A DNA stretch of 64,000 nucleotides from an uncultured bacterium (GTDB lineage Bacteria; Bacillota_I; Bacilli_A; RFN20; CAG-826). The notes beneath the pieces were generated by a model that was not told the DNA's origin, did not search any database, and saw nothing but the letters and a program-made list of their open reading frames with translations. Location of the stretch: assembly GCA_949285325.1 (NCBI GenBank), contig CASDYZ010000007.1, forward strand, positions 17,215 through 81,214. Reading direction: 5' to 3'. Shown here one piece after another: positions 29,197 through 37,693 of this stretch (position 1 is its first letter; each line of letters opens with the position of its first letter). Made by a program: the position numbers and the translations under genes.

Positions 29197-30601
29197 CTGT
29201 TTCTACCTCCTTAGTTTGTTCGTTTTCTTCTTCTTGAGAACTGATATCAGTTACACTAATTTCTTGATAATGATACTTTTGTATTGAAGCGTACCCTAAT
29301 AAGAACAATGTGATAAGTCCTGGACCATTAAACAAGACAGGTACGACATTTGAATAATTAATATAAGGGGTATTGTCACCATTAATTAGGTTATAACCAA
29401 AGAAAGTGACAACAAAGGCAAGTAGAAGCGATTTATTTAAAATCGTCTCTTCTCCTTTAACAAAAAATTTAAGGACAAAATATAAACCAAATACTACTAA
29501 AACGATAATCGCGATAAAAGCGAATAGCCCACCTAAATACGCCGCGTCGAAAAGCCAAGAATTACTAAATGTAACACTGCCCGCTGGGTTTAAGCCAAAT
29601 AAATTTGAAATGTTAGATAAATTAACTACTTCATCGATAATCGCACCATATCTACCGAGAGTAAATATCTTGCCAATTAATGGAACAGAGGCAATCGCGT
29701 CGTGAATAGTTTTTAAAAATCCAACTTCGCTTTGAGATAGGAAAGACAATATCAAAATCCACAGTAAAAAGCAAGCAAGTACTATCCAAATAATAATTCT
29801 TATAGCCTTGCTTTTAACTAAATTTAATTTAGTCAAAATTACAATTAATGCGATTAAAATTAGTATTGCAATCGTTGTTAATAATGTGTAAATATTGCTC
29901 ATGAAAAGTAAAGTTAAAAATGCGATAAAGGCGTAAAATGCGTATAAAATAAATAATTTTGTTTGTTTTTTAGGAGAAAAATAAAATAGTCCAATGACTG
30001 AAGTTAACAAAAGAGAAGGGAATAAAATGAAGTATTCAATACTCACTTCTACAAATGAAAATTGAATTAAAGAATACGCAATGTCGCCGATCGGGGCTGG
30101 TGAAGGACGACCATTATAATAAAAATAAGAATTGGAATATATCAAAGGATAAAATGGGGTAAATTGAACCATTGAATAAAATAGACCAAGGACAGTGTAT
30201 AAGGCAAGTGCTCCATAGATGACGGTGAAAACTGTTTGAAGTTTAATGGCCTTAAAATAAGAAAATAAATATCCACATCCAATAAAAGCGATGACCATGA
30301 ACGGAATGAAAATCGCTTCAAGTGTACCAATATAAGTTCTACCCACTACTGAGACCACAACGAGCAAAGAATAAATAATTAAAGGTATTAATAAATACAA
30401 AAAATTACTCATCCCTTTAATTTTGATTTCTTTATACGAAGTGATAATGAGCCCAATAAAAAGTGTGATGCCTAAAAATGCGTAAGTTAAAATGGATGAG
30501 GTAAAAGTAAACACGGTAAACGCAAACACTTCTAAAGATAAAAATGATACGATACCTAAACTACTAGTTTTTTCATTGATATTGTCTTTTTTGTCTTCCA
30601 T
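29177..30601 (-). CDS. Polytopic membrane protein, O-antigen ligase/Wzy-like
   Basis: About 12-13 TM; LFGL...FSNSWLFDAAYLGGLFAF resembles a Wzy_C loop without the usual His. Confidence 0.5.
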   Translation of the reverse strand: MEDKKDNINEKTSSLGIVSFLSLEVFAFTVFTFTSSILTYAFLGITLFIGLIITSYKEIKIKGMSNFLYLLIPLIIYSLLVVVSVVGRTYIGTLEAIFIPFMVIAFIGCGYLFSYFKAIKLQTVFTVIYGALALYTVLGLFYSMVQFTPFYPLIYSNSYFYYNGRPSPAPIGDIAYSLIQFSFVEVSIEYFILFPSLLLTSVIGLFYFSPKKQTKLFILYAFYAFIAFLTLLFMSNIYTLLTTIAILILIALIVILTKLNLVKSKAIRIIIWIVLACFLLWILILSFLSQSEVGFLKTIHDAIASVPLIGKIFTLGRYGAIIDEVVNLSNISNLFGLNPAGSVTFSNSWLFDAAYLGGLFAFIAIIVLVVFGLYFVLKFFVKGEETILNKSLLLAFVVTFFGYNLINGDNTPYINYSNVVPVLFNGPGLITLFLLGYASIQKYHYQEISVTDISSQEEENEQTKEVETDEIEDE

Positions 30602-30655
30602 AAATAAATTTATCAAAAAATATTTTACAAAATATTTATTGTATTAACAATAATT

Positions 30656-30677
30656 AAAAAACCACCTCTTCGGTGGC
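30656..30677 (-). terminator. Rho-independent terminator
   Basis: CCACC-GAAGA-GGTGG-TTTTTT just after the 46-aa ORF. Confidence 0.8.
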
Positions 30678-30689
30678 GTACTTTTATTT

Positions 30690-30830
30690 TTAATCGGTAA
30701 ATGTCTCCGCGTCATCTACATTAAAGTTGATAGATTCGCTTATTGAGGAATAGGCTTTACAATACATTTCCGCCTCAGTGTAGGTGAGGTCATCTTTAAA
30801 TATATTTTCTTTCTTTTCTTTTTTTGACAT
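30690..30830 (-). CDS. Small acidic protein, 46 aa (MSKKEKKENIFKDDLTYTEAEMYCKAYSSISESINFNVDDAETFTD)
   Basis: Translated by hand; open from ATG to TAA and followed directly by its own terminator. Confidence 0.65.
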   Translation of the reverse strand: MSKKEKKENIFKDDLTYTEAEMYCKAYSSISESINFNVDDAETFTD

Positions 30831-30988
30831 AGGCGAATCCAACTTTCGAAAATTACTTTATCATAATGACTTATTTTAGTTGTAAAAAATCTTTCAAATT
30901 TTAGACAATGTAGAAATAAATTGTAAAAATATAAAGTTTAGTTTTTAATATTTATTTGTTATTATCAAATAAGAAACGGGTTGAGAAG

Positions 30989-31684
30989 ATGAAAAAAGAA
31001 TTAAATTTACCACAGATAGTCGCGAATAACTTAACATATTACCGCAAGACTTACGGCTATACACAAATACAATTAGCCAATAAATTTAATTATTCTGACA
31101 AAACTATTTCTAAGTGGGAAAGAGGAGAAAGTTTCCCAGATATTTTTGTTTTAAAAACTCTCGCTGATTTTTATGGAATAACAGTCAATGACTTCTTTAG
31201 AGAAAAGCCAAAAAAATATTATCCACCAATATTTAAAAAAAGATTCTTAATACTACTTTTATCGGTTGGGTTGGTGTGGCTTATCGCTTCTATCATCTTT
31301 GCATGTATGATGATATTCTCTAATGGTAGATTGTCCGACAGCTGGCTTGTATTTATTTTCGCCACTATACCGATGTTTATAATTTGTTTAGTATTCGCAA
31401 GCGTTTGGAAGCAAAGATTTTGGTCTTTTATATCCGTATCGGGCTTGATGTGGTGCGCGGCGACATCGATATATTTACCGTGGACTATGTACGCTCCTGG
31501 TGAATATTTATTCTTAATATTTATAATCGTCATCCCTCTTCAAGTTTTGGCCTTCCTTTGGTTTTTACTTAAATGGTCATTTAAATCATTTACAAATAAA
31601 GTCGCTAAAATTATTAGAAAAAGAAAAGAGGTTCCTACAAGTGAAACCTCTAATGATACAAATATTATTAGTAAAGAAGATTAG
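30989..31684 (+). CDS. XRE-family HTH regulator with four C-terminal TM helices
   Basis: NLTYYRK..GYTQIQLA..YSDKTISKWERGESFPDI followed by hydrophobic helices. Confidence 0.88.
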   Translation: MKKELNLPQIVANNLTYYRKTYGYTQIQLANKFNYSDKTISKWERGESFPDIFVLKTLADFYGITVNDFFREKPKKYYPPIFKKRFLILLLSVGLVWLIASIIFACMMIFSNGRLSDSWLVFIFATIPMFIICLVFASVWKQRFWSFISVSGLMWCAATSIYLPWTMYAPGEYLFLIFIIVIPLQVLAFLWFLLKWSFKSFTNKVAKIIRKRKEVPTSETSNDTNIISKED

Positions 31685-32544
31685 TCTTTAACCCCGCCAT
31701 CATTGTAATAGAGGATGCCGAGTGTTTTAGGTCCGCAGTGAGAAGAAATTGTACATCCCGCGGTGGTGACATAAATCTTTTTAAAGCCTCTATTTTTCAT
31801 CTTTTCATACGCCGCATCAACCATATCTTGTGGTGCGTAAGAATGGGTGATAAAACCGATTGATAAATCAGGATTATTGAATTCTTCAAGAGTGTCATCG
31901 CAGTATTTTTTAACGACTGCTACACCTCTTCCACTATATTTTTTGCCTGGGTGCATCTTACCTTGATCGACTATGATTTGAGGTTTGATGGCAAACATTT
32001 TTGCCGCAAAAGCTGCTAAACCAGAACATCTACCTCCCTTATAAAGGTAGTCGACAGTATTGACGACGAAGCTCGCTTGAACAGCACTTCTTCTTTCTTC
32101 AATTTTCTTTTTAACTTCGGCAGCGTCCAAGCCTTTATCGATTAACTGTCTTGCATATATTACTTGAAGAGCAATACCAGTGGCTAAAGACATTGAGTCG
32201 ATAACAAATACTTTACCTTTAAATTCCTCTTCTTCTGCTGCGAGCACTGCGTTCGCGTGAGTCGCGCTGATACCACCACTCAAACAAAGGTGAACAACCG
32301 CATCATTATCTTTTAACAATCCTCTAAAATATTCTTCAAATTGGAATGTATTAAAAGCTGCTGTTCTAGGAAGTTTTTTATTTTTCTCCACAAATTCAAA
32401 TATTTGAAGAGGATTTAAATCTACTCCGTCTTGATAAACTTTATCACCTAAAATAACTGTGCCATGTAAAATGCTCACATTATTTTCCTTGATGAGTTCT
32501 TCATTCATGTCGACTGTACTTTCAGTACTTAATGCAATTTTCAT
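31681..32544 (-). CDS. degV: DegV family fatty-acid-binding protein (FakB-like)
   Basis: STESTVD, PRTAA, LSGGISAT, YLYKGGRCS, IKP, ISSHCGP. Confidence 0.92.
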   Translation of the reverse strand: MKIALSTESTVDMNEELIKENNVSILHGTVILGDKVYQDGVDLNPLQIFEFVEKNKKLPRTAAFNTFQFEEYFRGLLKDNDAVVHLCLSGGISATHANAVLAAEEEEFKGKVFVIDSMSLATGIALQVIYARQLIDKGLDAAEVKKKIEERRSAVQASFVVNTVDYLYKGGRCSGLAAFAAKMFAIKPQIIVDQGKMHPGKKYSGRGVAVVKKYCDDTLEEFNNPDLSIGFITHSYAPQDMVDAAYEKMKNRGFKKIYVTTAGCTISSHCGPKTLGILYYNDGGVKD

Positions 32545-32601
32545 AATTAATTAACTCCTAAATTAAGATTCCACTTCAACAAAGATAGCATATTTTTGCG
32601 T

Positions 32602-32627
32602 AAAAAAACACCCACAAATTGCAGGTG
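32602..32627 (-). terminator. Terminator after tmRNA
   Basis: CACCTGC-AATTT-GTGGGTG-TTTTTTT. Confidence 0.75.
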
Positions 32628-32638
32628 AGAATTTCTAA

Positions 32639-33030
32639 TGGTGGAGCCGGCGGTGTCGAAACCGCGTCCGGAGACTACCCAACAATAACATCTACAGTTT
32701 AGATGAAATTGAATTTTAACAATCAATCAATAATTTCAACAAAGATTGAATGCGAGGTTGTAAGTTTTTCGTCTCATTAACCCAACCTATCAATGAGCTT
32801 ATCCTCTTGATAAAGACACCCTTGCTAGAGAAGAGAGGATGATCCTCTAGGGGGCGAGTTGCCCGATAATTAAGTATCGGTCCTGATATTAGGCGCTAAT
32901 TAAGCTGCAACTAATGAAGCACGAGGTGTGCTTCTCATAAAACTGTTGTCAGTTATTTTTGTTTGGTGATAACGTCACCACTCGACTGCCGTTAAAGCAT
33001 GATAGGTCCCCGTCGAATCCATTCGACCCC
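32639..33030 (-). ncRNA. ssrA: tmRNA; tag reading frame 32950-32900 encodes (A)DNSFMRSTPRASLVAA
   Basis: 5' GGGG..GGATTCGACGGGG, resume context AAAATAACT|GAC, 3' GACGCGGTTTCGACACCGCCGGCTCCACCA. Confidence 0.96.
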
Positions 33031-33169
33031 ATGTGTATTTTATTTTTATATAAAAGGCAGTAATTATCAAGTATTTTTTTATTAATTACAAACAAATTTT
33101 ATAAATATTATTGTAAAACAATAAAAGTGTCATATAATAAACGAGATAACAGACTGAAAGGAGAAAAAA

Positions 33170-33499
33170 ATGAAACACTTAATCTTTGTCATATTAGAAC
33201 ATTCTCACGCCGCAGAAGAAACATTAGTTAAATTATCAAAAATGGGATATAACGGAACAGTTATACCTTCAACATCATTAAAACACACACTAGAAAATGA
33301 TGGAGAGGTACCGATGTTTATCAATTTAAGTTTACTTGAACACGGTAAATTTGAAAATAACACTACTCTATATATCGTCGCAGAAGAAGAACAAGTAGAA
33401 AATGTATTAGATATCATTAGAACTACCACCAAACATTTTAAAAGATGTAGAGGTGGGATGTTTGTCGTCCCGCTTGAAAGTTATGAAGGAAGTTTTTAA
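33170..33499 (+). CDS. PII-like (GlnB-fold) small protein
   Basis: 109 aa; pattern LIFVIL..G.NGTVIPS..PMF..NTTL..EEEQVENVLDII..GGMFVVPLESYEG resembles PII-like proteins. Confidence 0.65.
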   Translation: MKHLIFVILEHSHAAEETLVKLSKMGYNGTVIPSTSLKHTLENDGEVPMFINLSLLEHGKFENNTTLYIVAEEEQVENVLDIIRTTTKHFKRCRGGMFVVPLESYEGSF

Positions 33500-33502
33500 T
33501 TT

Positions 33503-34816
33503 ATGTCTTTAGTTATTTCGAGTGTCCTTTGGGTAGCGATCGCTCTTTCATGTGGGCTATTGATGTCCAAATTGATGAAATTAATACACTTTCCTAACGT
33601 CACCGGATATTTGATTGGTGGAATTATAATAGGCCCTTGGGTTTTAGGTTTATTTGACCGAGATTTATTTAGCAATATTCTTTCAAATATTAGTTGGATA
33701 AGCGACATTGCCTTAGGTTTTATCGCTTTTACTATCGGTGGTTCATTTAAATTATCCGCGCTTAAAAAGGTTGGGAAAAGAGCGACTGTCATCACTGTAT
33801 TTGAAGCATTAGGTGGGGCGATTGTCGTCATCATCGGATTATTTATCGGATACTTTGCTGGTTTAAAAAATCTAGGTTTAACAATACCGATGATATTGAC
33901 ATTAGGTTCAATCGCATGCGCGACCGCGCCAGCCGCTACACTATTAGTCATCCAACAATATAAAGCAGAAGGTCCAGTAACTAGAACTTTAATACCAGTA
34001 GTCGCATTTGATGATGGTGTCGCTTTAATCGCATTTGCTATTTTATTTGCTTTATCTAAAGTACTTACTATCGGTGGCACATTTGATTTTATCAGCGGAA
34101 TTCTCATCCCAATTTTAGAAATTATTATTTCTCTTTTAATTGGGGCCGCCATTGGATTTATTATCTCACTAGCTACTAAATGGTTTACTGGTAGAGGCAA
34201 CAGGATGATAATTTGCATCGCCGCGGTGCTTTTATGTGTTGGTCTATCTTTGATAGAAACAAGTTCTTTAGGCTGGGGTTTCTCTTTTCAATTATCTAGT
34301 TTATTAACTATCATGTCTATGGGTGCAATATATGTCAACATGGCAAAAGGAGTAGAAACTACAGGTGTATTTATAGATAAATTTACTCAACCAGTATTTA
34401 TGCTATTTTTCATAATAAGTGGGGCAAATTTAAATTTTGGCATATTCATGGACGACTCTGCAATCTTAGTCATTGTCATCGCTTTGATTTATTTGGTATG
34501 TCGTGTCATTGGAAAATGGGGTGGATCCGCTGTTGGGGCAAACATTACAAACTGCGAACCTAACGTTAAAAAGTATCTTGGTTTTACCCTTATTCCACAA
34601 GCTGGTGTCGCCCTCGGACTAGCGTCATCTGCAAAATTATTTTTTGCAAATCTAACCGACCCAGATTTAGTTTTAATCGGTGATTTGCTTTATACTTGCA
34701 TAATTGTGAGCACAATTGTGTACGAACTAGTTGGACCACTCATCACAAAGTGGGCTTTGACAAAAGCTGGGGAAATAAAACAAGTAGAAAATAAAAACGT
34801 AAAAACTAGTAATTAA
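33503..34816 (+). CDS. Cation:proton antiporter (Na_H_Exchanger, CPA2-like)
   Basis: PNVTGYLIGGIIIGP, ATAPAAT, VAFDD, FFIISGA, PQAGVALG, YELVGP. Confidence 0.9.
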   Translation: MSLVISSVLWVAIALSCGLLMSKLMKLIHFPNVTGYLIGGIIIGPWVLGLFDRDLFSNILSNISWISDIALGFIAFTIGGSFKLSALKKVGKRATVITVFEALGGAIVVIIGLFIGYFAGLKNLGLTIPMILTLGSIACATAPAATLLVIQQYKAEGPVTRTLIPVVAFDDGVALIAFAILFALSKVLTIGGTFDFISGILIPILEIIISLLIGAAIGFIISLATKWFTGRGNRMIICIAAVLLCVGLSLIETSSLGWGFSFQLSSLLTIMSMGAIYVNMAKGVETTGVFIDKFTQPVFMLFFIISGANLNFGIFMDDSAILVIVIALIYLVCRVIGKWGGSAVGANITNCEPNVKKYLGFTLIPQAGVALGLASSAKLFFANLTDPDLVLIGDLLYTCIIVSTIVYELVGPLITKWALTKAGEIKQVENKNVKTSN

Positions 34817-34891
34817 ATTACTAATTGTTGTAAATCTCACATTTTTAAAATAAAATACTAACTACATAACAAAAACAAGGGAAAGAAATTA

Positions 34892-35989
34892 ATGAAAGCA
34901 CAAACAAAAACAACTTTATTAAACATATTTGGTTCAATGTTCTCTAACGCGCGAGCGGTTGAATGTGGAAAAACTCTCCCGTGGTGGTCGGCGTTAATCG
35001 TCTTTATTTTAGGAGTATTTTTACCACTAATACCATCAATGGTGTCAATTGCAACTAGTTCTGGTTCAGCATTTTTAAACAATTTAACTTATGGCTATGA
35101 TGTTCAATTAGTCGGTTCATCCATCGGTGTATATTTAGATGGTTATGAATTTGAAATTGATGAAGAACATCGTTTAAGCGCGACGACACTCAATGGTAGT
35201 GAATATCAGCCATCTGCCGAACAAGATGTCACACCAATATTTAAATACATTAATACTGAAACTAACCAAGTGGATTTTGAAATATATTATTCAGTCCGTT
35301 CTACTCGCGGTTCATCAACTTTAGATGATTTATTAGACACCATTGAAGAAACATTGTATATAGAAGGCACCAATACTATTTATGAAGAAGAGGAGAACAC
35401 TTCTTCATCATCATCTTCTAGTGAAGAGGTTGTCTTATATCGACCATCATTTATGATTTATTATCCTGACGGTCTTTATTCTGCGATTGTTAGACCTAAT
35501 TCATCTACAATTTACGCCTCTACTGGTGGGGATTGGAAGCATCATGAACCAACCAAGAATTTCTTAAAAGATATGCTGAGTGTCGATGGTAAAGAACCTA
35601 CTGTCGATAATGAAGAATCTTTAAGAAAAGACAGTGTGTATATTGAAAGTGTATATGATAATTGGAAACATACATTCAATTTAATATATTTAACTGGTAA
35701 GAATAATTCTTTATTAATCAATTCATTAGTGTTTGAAGCAATCTATGTTGCTTTATCGTTCTTCATGGGATTAATGATTTTTCTCCTCACGAGAGGCAAG
35801 AGAAATTATTATCGATATCTATCATTTATCAAATGTCAAAACATCAATGCCTGGGCAAGTTTTATGCCAGGGCTACTCGCGATGATATTAGGGTTTATGA
35901 TACCTCAGTACGCGGTGATGTTCTTCATCATCTTACTCGGTTTAAGAACCATGTGGCTGTCGATGAGACAACTTAGACCTCAATATTAA
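34892..35989 (+). CDS. Hypothetical membrane protein (1 TM, large acidic loop, 3 TM)
   Basis: Hydrophobicity pattern; E/S-rich linker; terminator downstream. Confidence 0.75.
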   Translation: MKAQTKTTLLNIFGSMFSNARAVECGKTLPWWSALIVFILGVFLPLIPSMVSIATSSGSAFLNNLTYGYDVQLVGSSIGVYLDGYEFEIDEEHRLSATTLNGSEYQPSAEQDVTPIFKYINTETNQVDFEIYYSVRSTRGSSTLDDLLDTIEETLYIEGTNTIYEEEENTSSSSSSSEEVVLYRPSFMIYYPDGLYSAIVRPNSSTIYASTGGDWKHHEPTKNFLKDMLSVDGKEPTVDNEESLRKDSVYIESVYDNWKHTFNLIYLTGKNNSLLINSLVFEAIYVALSFFMGLMIFLLTRGKRNYYRYLSFIKCQNINAWASFMPGLLAMILGFMIPQYAVMFFIILLGLRTMWLSMRQLRPQY

Positions 35990-36003
35990 TATCCTCTCTA
36001 ACA

Positions 36004-36034
36004 AGCCTCAAGAGAATAGCTTCTTGAGGTTTTT
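36004..36034 (+). terminator. Rho-independent terminator
   Basis: GCCTCAAGA-loop-TCTTGAGGT-TTTT. Confidence 0.8.
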
Positions 36035-36134
36035 ATTTTTAAAATTATTATGCAGTTATTAAATGACAATGTGATATATAAAAGCATATTTAAATCTACA
36101 CTTATTAATATTTATCAACTTCTTATATAAAACA

Positions 36135-36476
36135 TTAGTCGCCATAATCTGAACCACGTGACTTATCTTCAACAAATATGCACAATGGATCAGTTATATC
36201 GTAAACTTCTAAATATATAAATCCATCCACTTCAGTCTGTGGATATTCATAACTTGCAGTGAAAACGATGTTACGGTTTTTTTCTACTAGTTCAAATAAT
36301 TTATTTATTATCTTAGGATAATCATCTTTTCTTTGTTCTTTAAAGCCCAAAAGTTGAGTATAAAACGCTGGTTCAATATAAAATCTCGCACCACTTTCAG
36401 TCTCATAAAGTGAACAGAATGGATTATTTTTATCTTCTAATTGTTTTAAGTGCTTAAATTCTTCATATTGTTTCAT
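36135..36476 (-). CDS. Hypothetical protein coupled to rlmH
   Basis: ATGA overlap with rlmH; GAGGTG SD. Confidence 0.8.
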   Translation of the reverse strand: MKQYEEFKHLKQLEDKNNPFCSLYETESGARFYIEPAFYTQLLGFKEQRKDDYPKIINKLFELVEKNRNIVFTASYEYPQTEVDGFIYLEVYDITDPLCIFVEDKSRGSDYGD

Positions 36477-36949
36477 TTGTGATACACCTCGTTGTTATAT
36501 ATTTTAAACGCTCGATAAATTTGTTCTAATAAAATCAATCGACTCATGTGATGCAAAAAAGTCATCTTAGAAAGAGAAATTGACTCATTCGCTCTTGCCT
36601 TTACTTCGTCGCTCAACCCATAAGATCCACCGATAACAAAAGTTATAGAAGCACCAGAAATCTCTAAAGTTTTAATTAAAAAAGTTGAGAATTGCATGGA
36701 ATCTAGTTCTTTTTTATTTAAATCTAGGGCGATGACATAGTCGTTATTTTTAATGTTTTTAAGTATTTTTTCCCCTTCTATCTTTTTAGCGTTTTCTATT
36801 TCAAATTCACTATCTTTTTTAACGCCGACATCATCTAATTCTATCAAAGCGACATTGCAGTATGGTTCAATTCTTTTAGAGTATTCATCGATACCTATCC
36901 TTAAATATTTATCGATTTTTTTACCTATAGATATAATTTTAATTTTCAT
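36473..36949 (-). CDS. rlmH: 23S rRNA (pseudouridine1915-N3)-methyltransferase
   Basis: MKIKIISIGK, FVIGGSYG, SLSKMTF.H..RLILLEQIYRAFKI...YHK. Confidence 0.95.
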   Translation of the reverse strand: MKIKIISIGKKIDKYLRIGIDEYSKRIEPYCNVALIELDDVGVKKDSEFEIENAKKIEGEKILKNIKNNDYVIALDLNKKELDSMQFSTFLIKTLEISGASITFVIGGSYGLSDEVKARANESISLSKMTFLHHMSRLILLEQIYRAFKIYNNEVYHK

Positions 36950-37691
36950 TAAATTTACCACCTGTGACATTTTCCCACTGCCTTGCACATTTTAATTCAT
37001 ATTTATCGATATCAATTTGATAATATTCAAATATTTTTCTATACGCTTCAACTGCTTTTTGAGGGGTGTTACATTCTTCAGATAAATGCATCAAAACAAT
37101 TTCTTTAGTGTTCTTGCCTATTAGGCTAATTGCCGCTAATGCGGAATCTTCGTTAGATAAATGCCCATATTCTGATAATATTCTCATCTTTAAATCAAAA
37201 GGTCGAGTGCTTTTAATGAGCATTTGTATATCGTGATTAGATTCAATTAATAAATAAGTAGGGTCTTTAGCCACTTCTAGGCTATCTTCTATAAGTTTAC
37301 CGGTATCTGTTATATACACTAATTTTTTGCTCCCTTCTAACACATATCCGCATGGATTTTCCGCGTCGTGGGAAGTAGGGACAGGAGTAATCTTAATATT
37401 ATTTATAAAAAATGGTTTATTTATTTCAACAACATTTGAATTAGGACTAGTTAATACACCTTCACAAGCATACATTTTATTTGTTTTTAAAAATCGAACC
37501 CCGCTTATGTGGTCAGTATGATCGTGGGTAAATAAACAAGCATCGATATCATTTATTTTTTTATTATATTTTTTTAACGTCTCTTCTAGTCTTTTTAATG
37601 TTATACCCATATCAATCAATATTAAAGTACCACCATCAAAAATTAGGGTGGCATTACCTTTAGAACCACTAGAAATAATATCAAAATACAT
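36939..37691 (-). CDS. walJ: MBL-fold hydrolase YycJ/WalJ
   Basis: SSGSKGNA, THDHTDH, TSHDA, TDTG, ESNHD, GHLSN, HLSEECN. Confidence 0.88.
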   Translation of the reverse strand: MYFDIISSGSKGNATLIFDGGTLILIDMGITLKRLEETLKKYNKKINDIDACLFTHDHTDHISGVRFLKTNKMYACEGVLTSPNSNVVEINKPFFINNIKITPVPTSHDAENPCGYVLEGSKKLVYITDTGKLIEDSLEVAKDPTYLLIESNHDIQMLIKSTRPFDLKMRILSEYGHLSNEDSALAAISLIGKNTKEIVLMHLSEECNTPQKAVEAYRKIFEYYQIDIDKYELKCARQWENVTGGKFNEN

Positions 37692-37693
37692 AA

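Noticed and set aside
32545..32660. tmRNA 3' end as a prophage/island attachment site
   Set aside because: Followed by a terminator and degV; no integrase and no duplicated 3' end seen in the window
33496..34218. 240-aa antisense ORF over the antiporter
   Set aside because: Shadow ORF: hydrophobic codon usage on the coding strand leaves few stops on the opposite strand; no SD or motifs
36035..36134. AT-rich gap as oriC or dif
   Set aside because: No DnaA-box cluster and no convincing XerC/D arms
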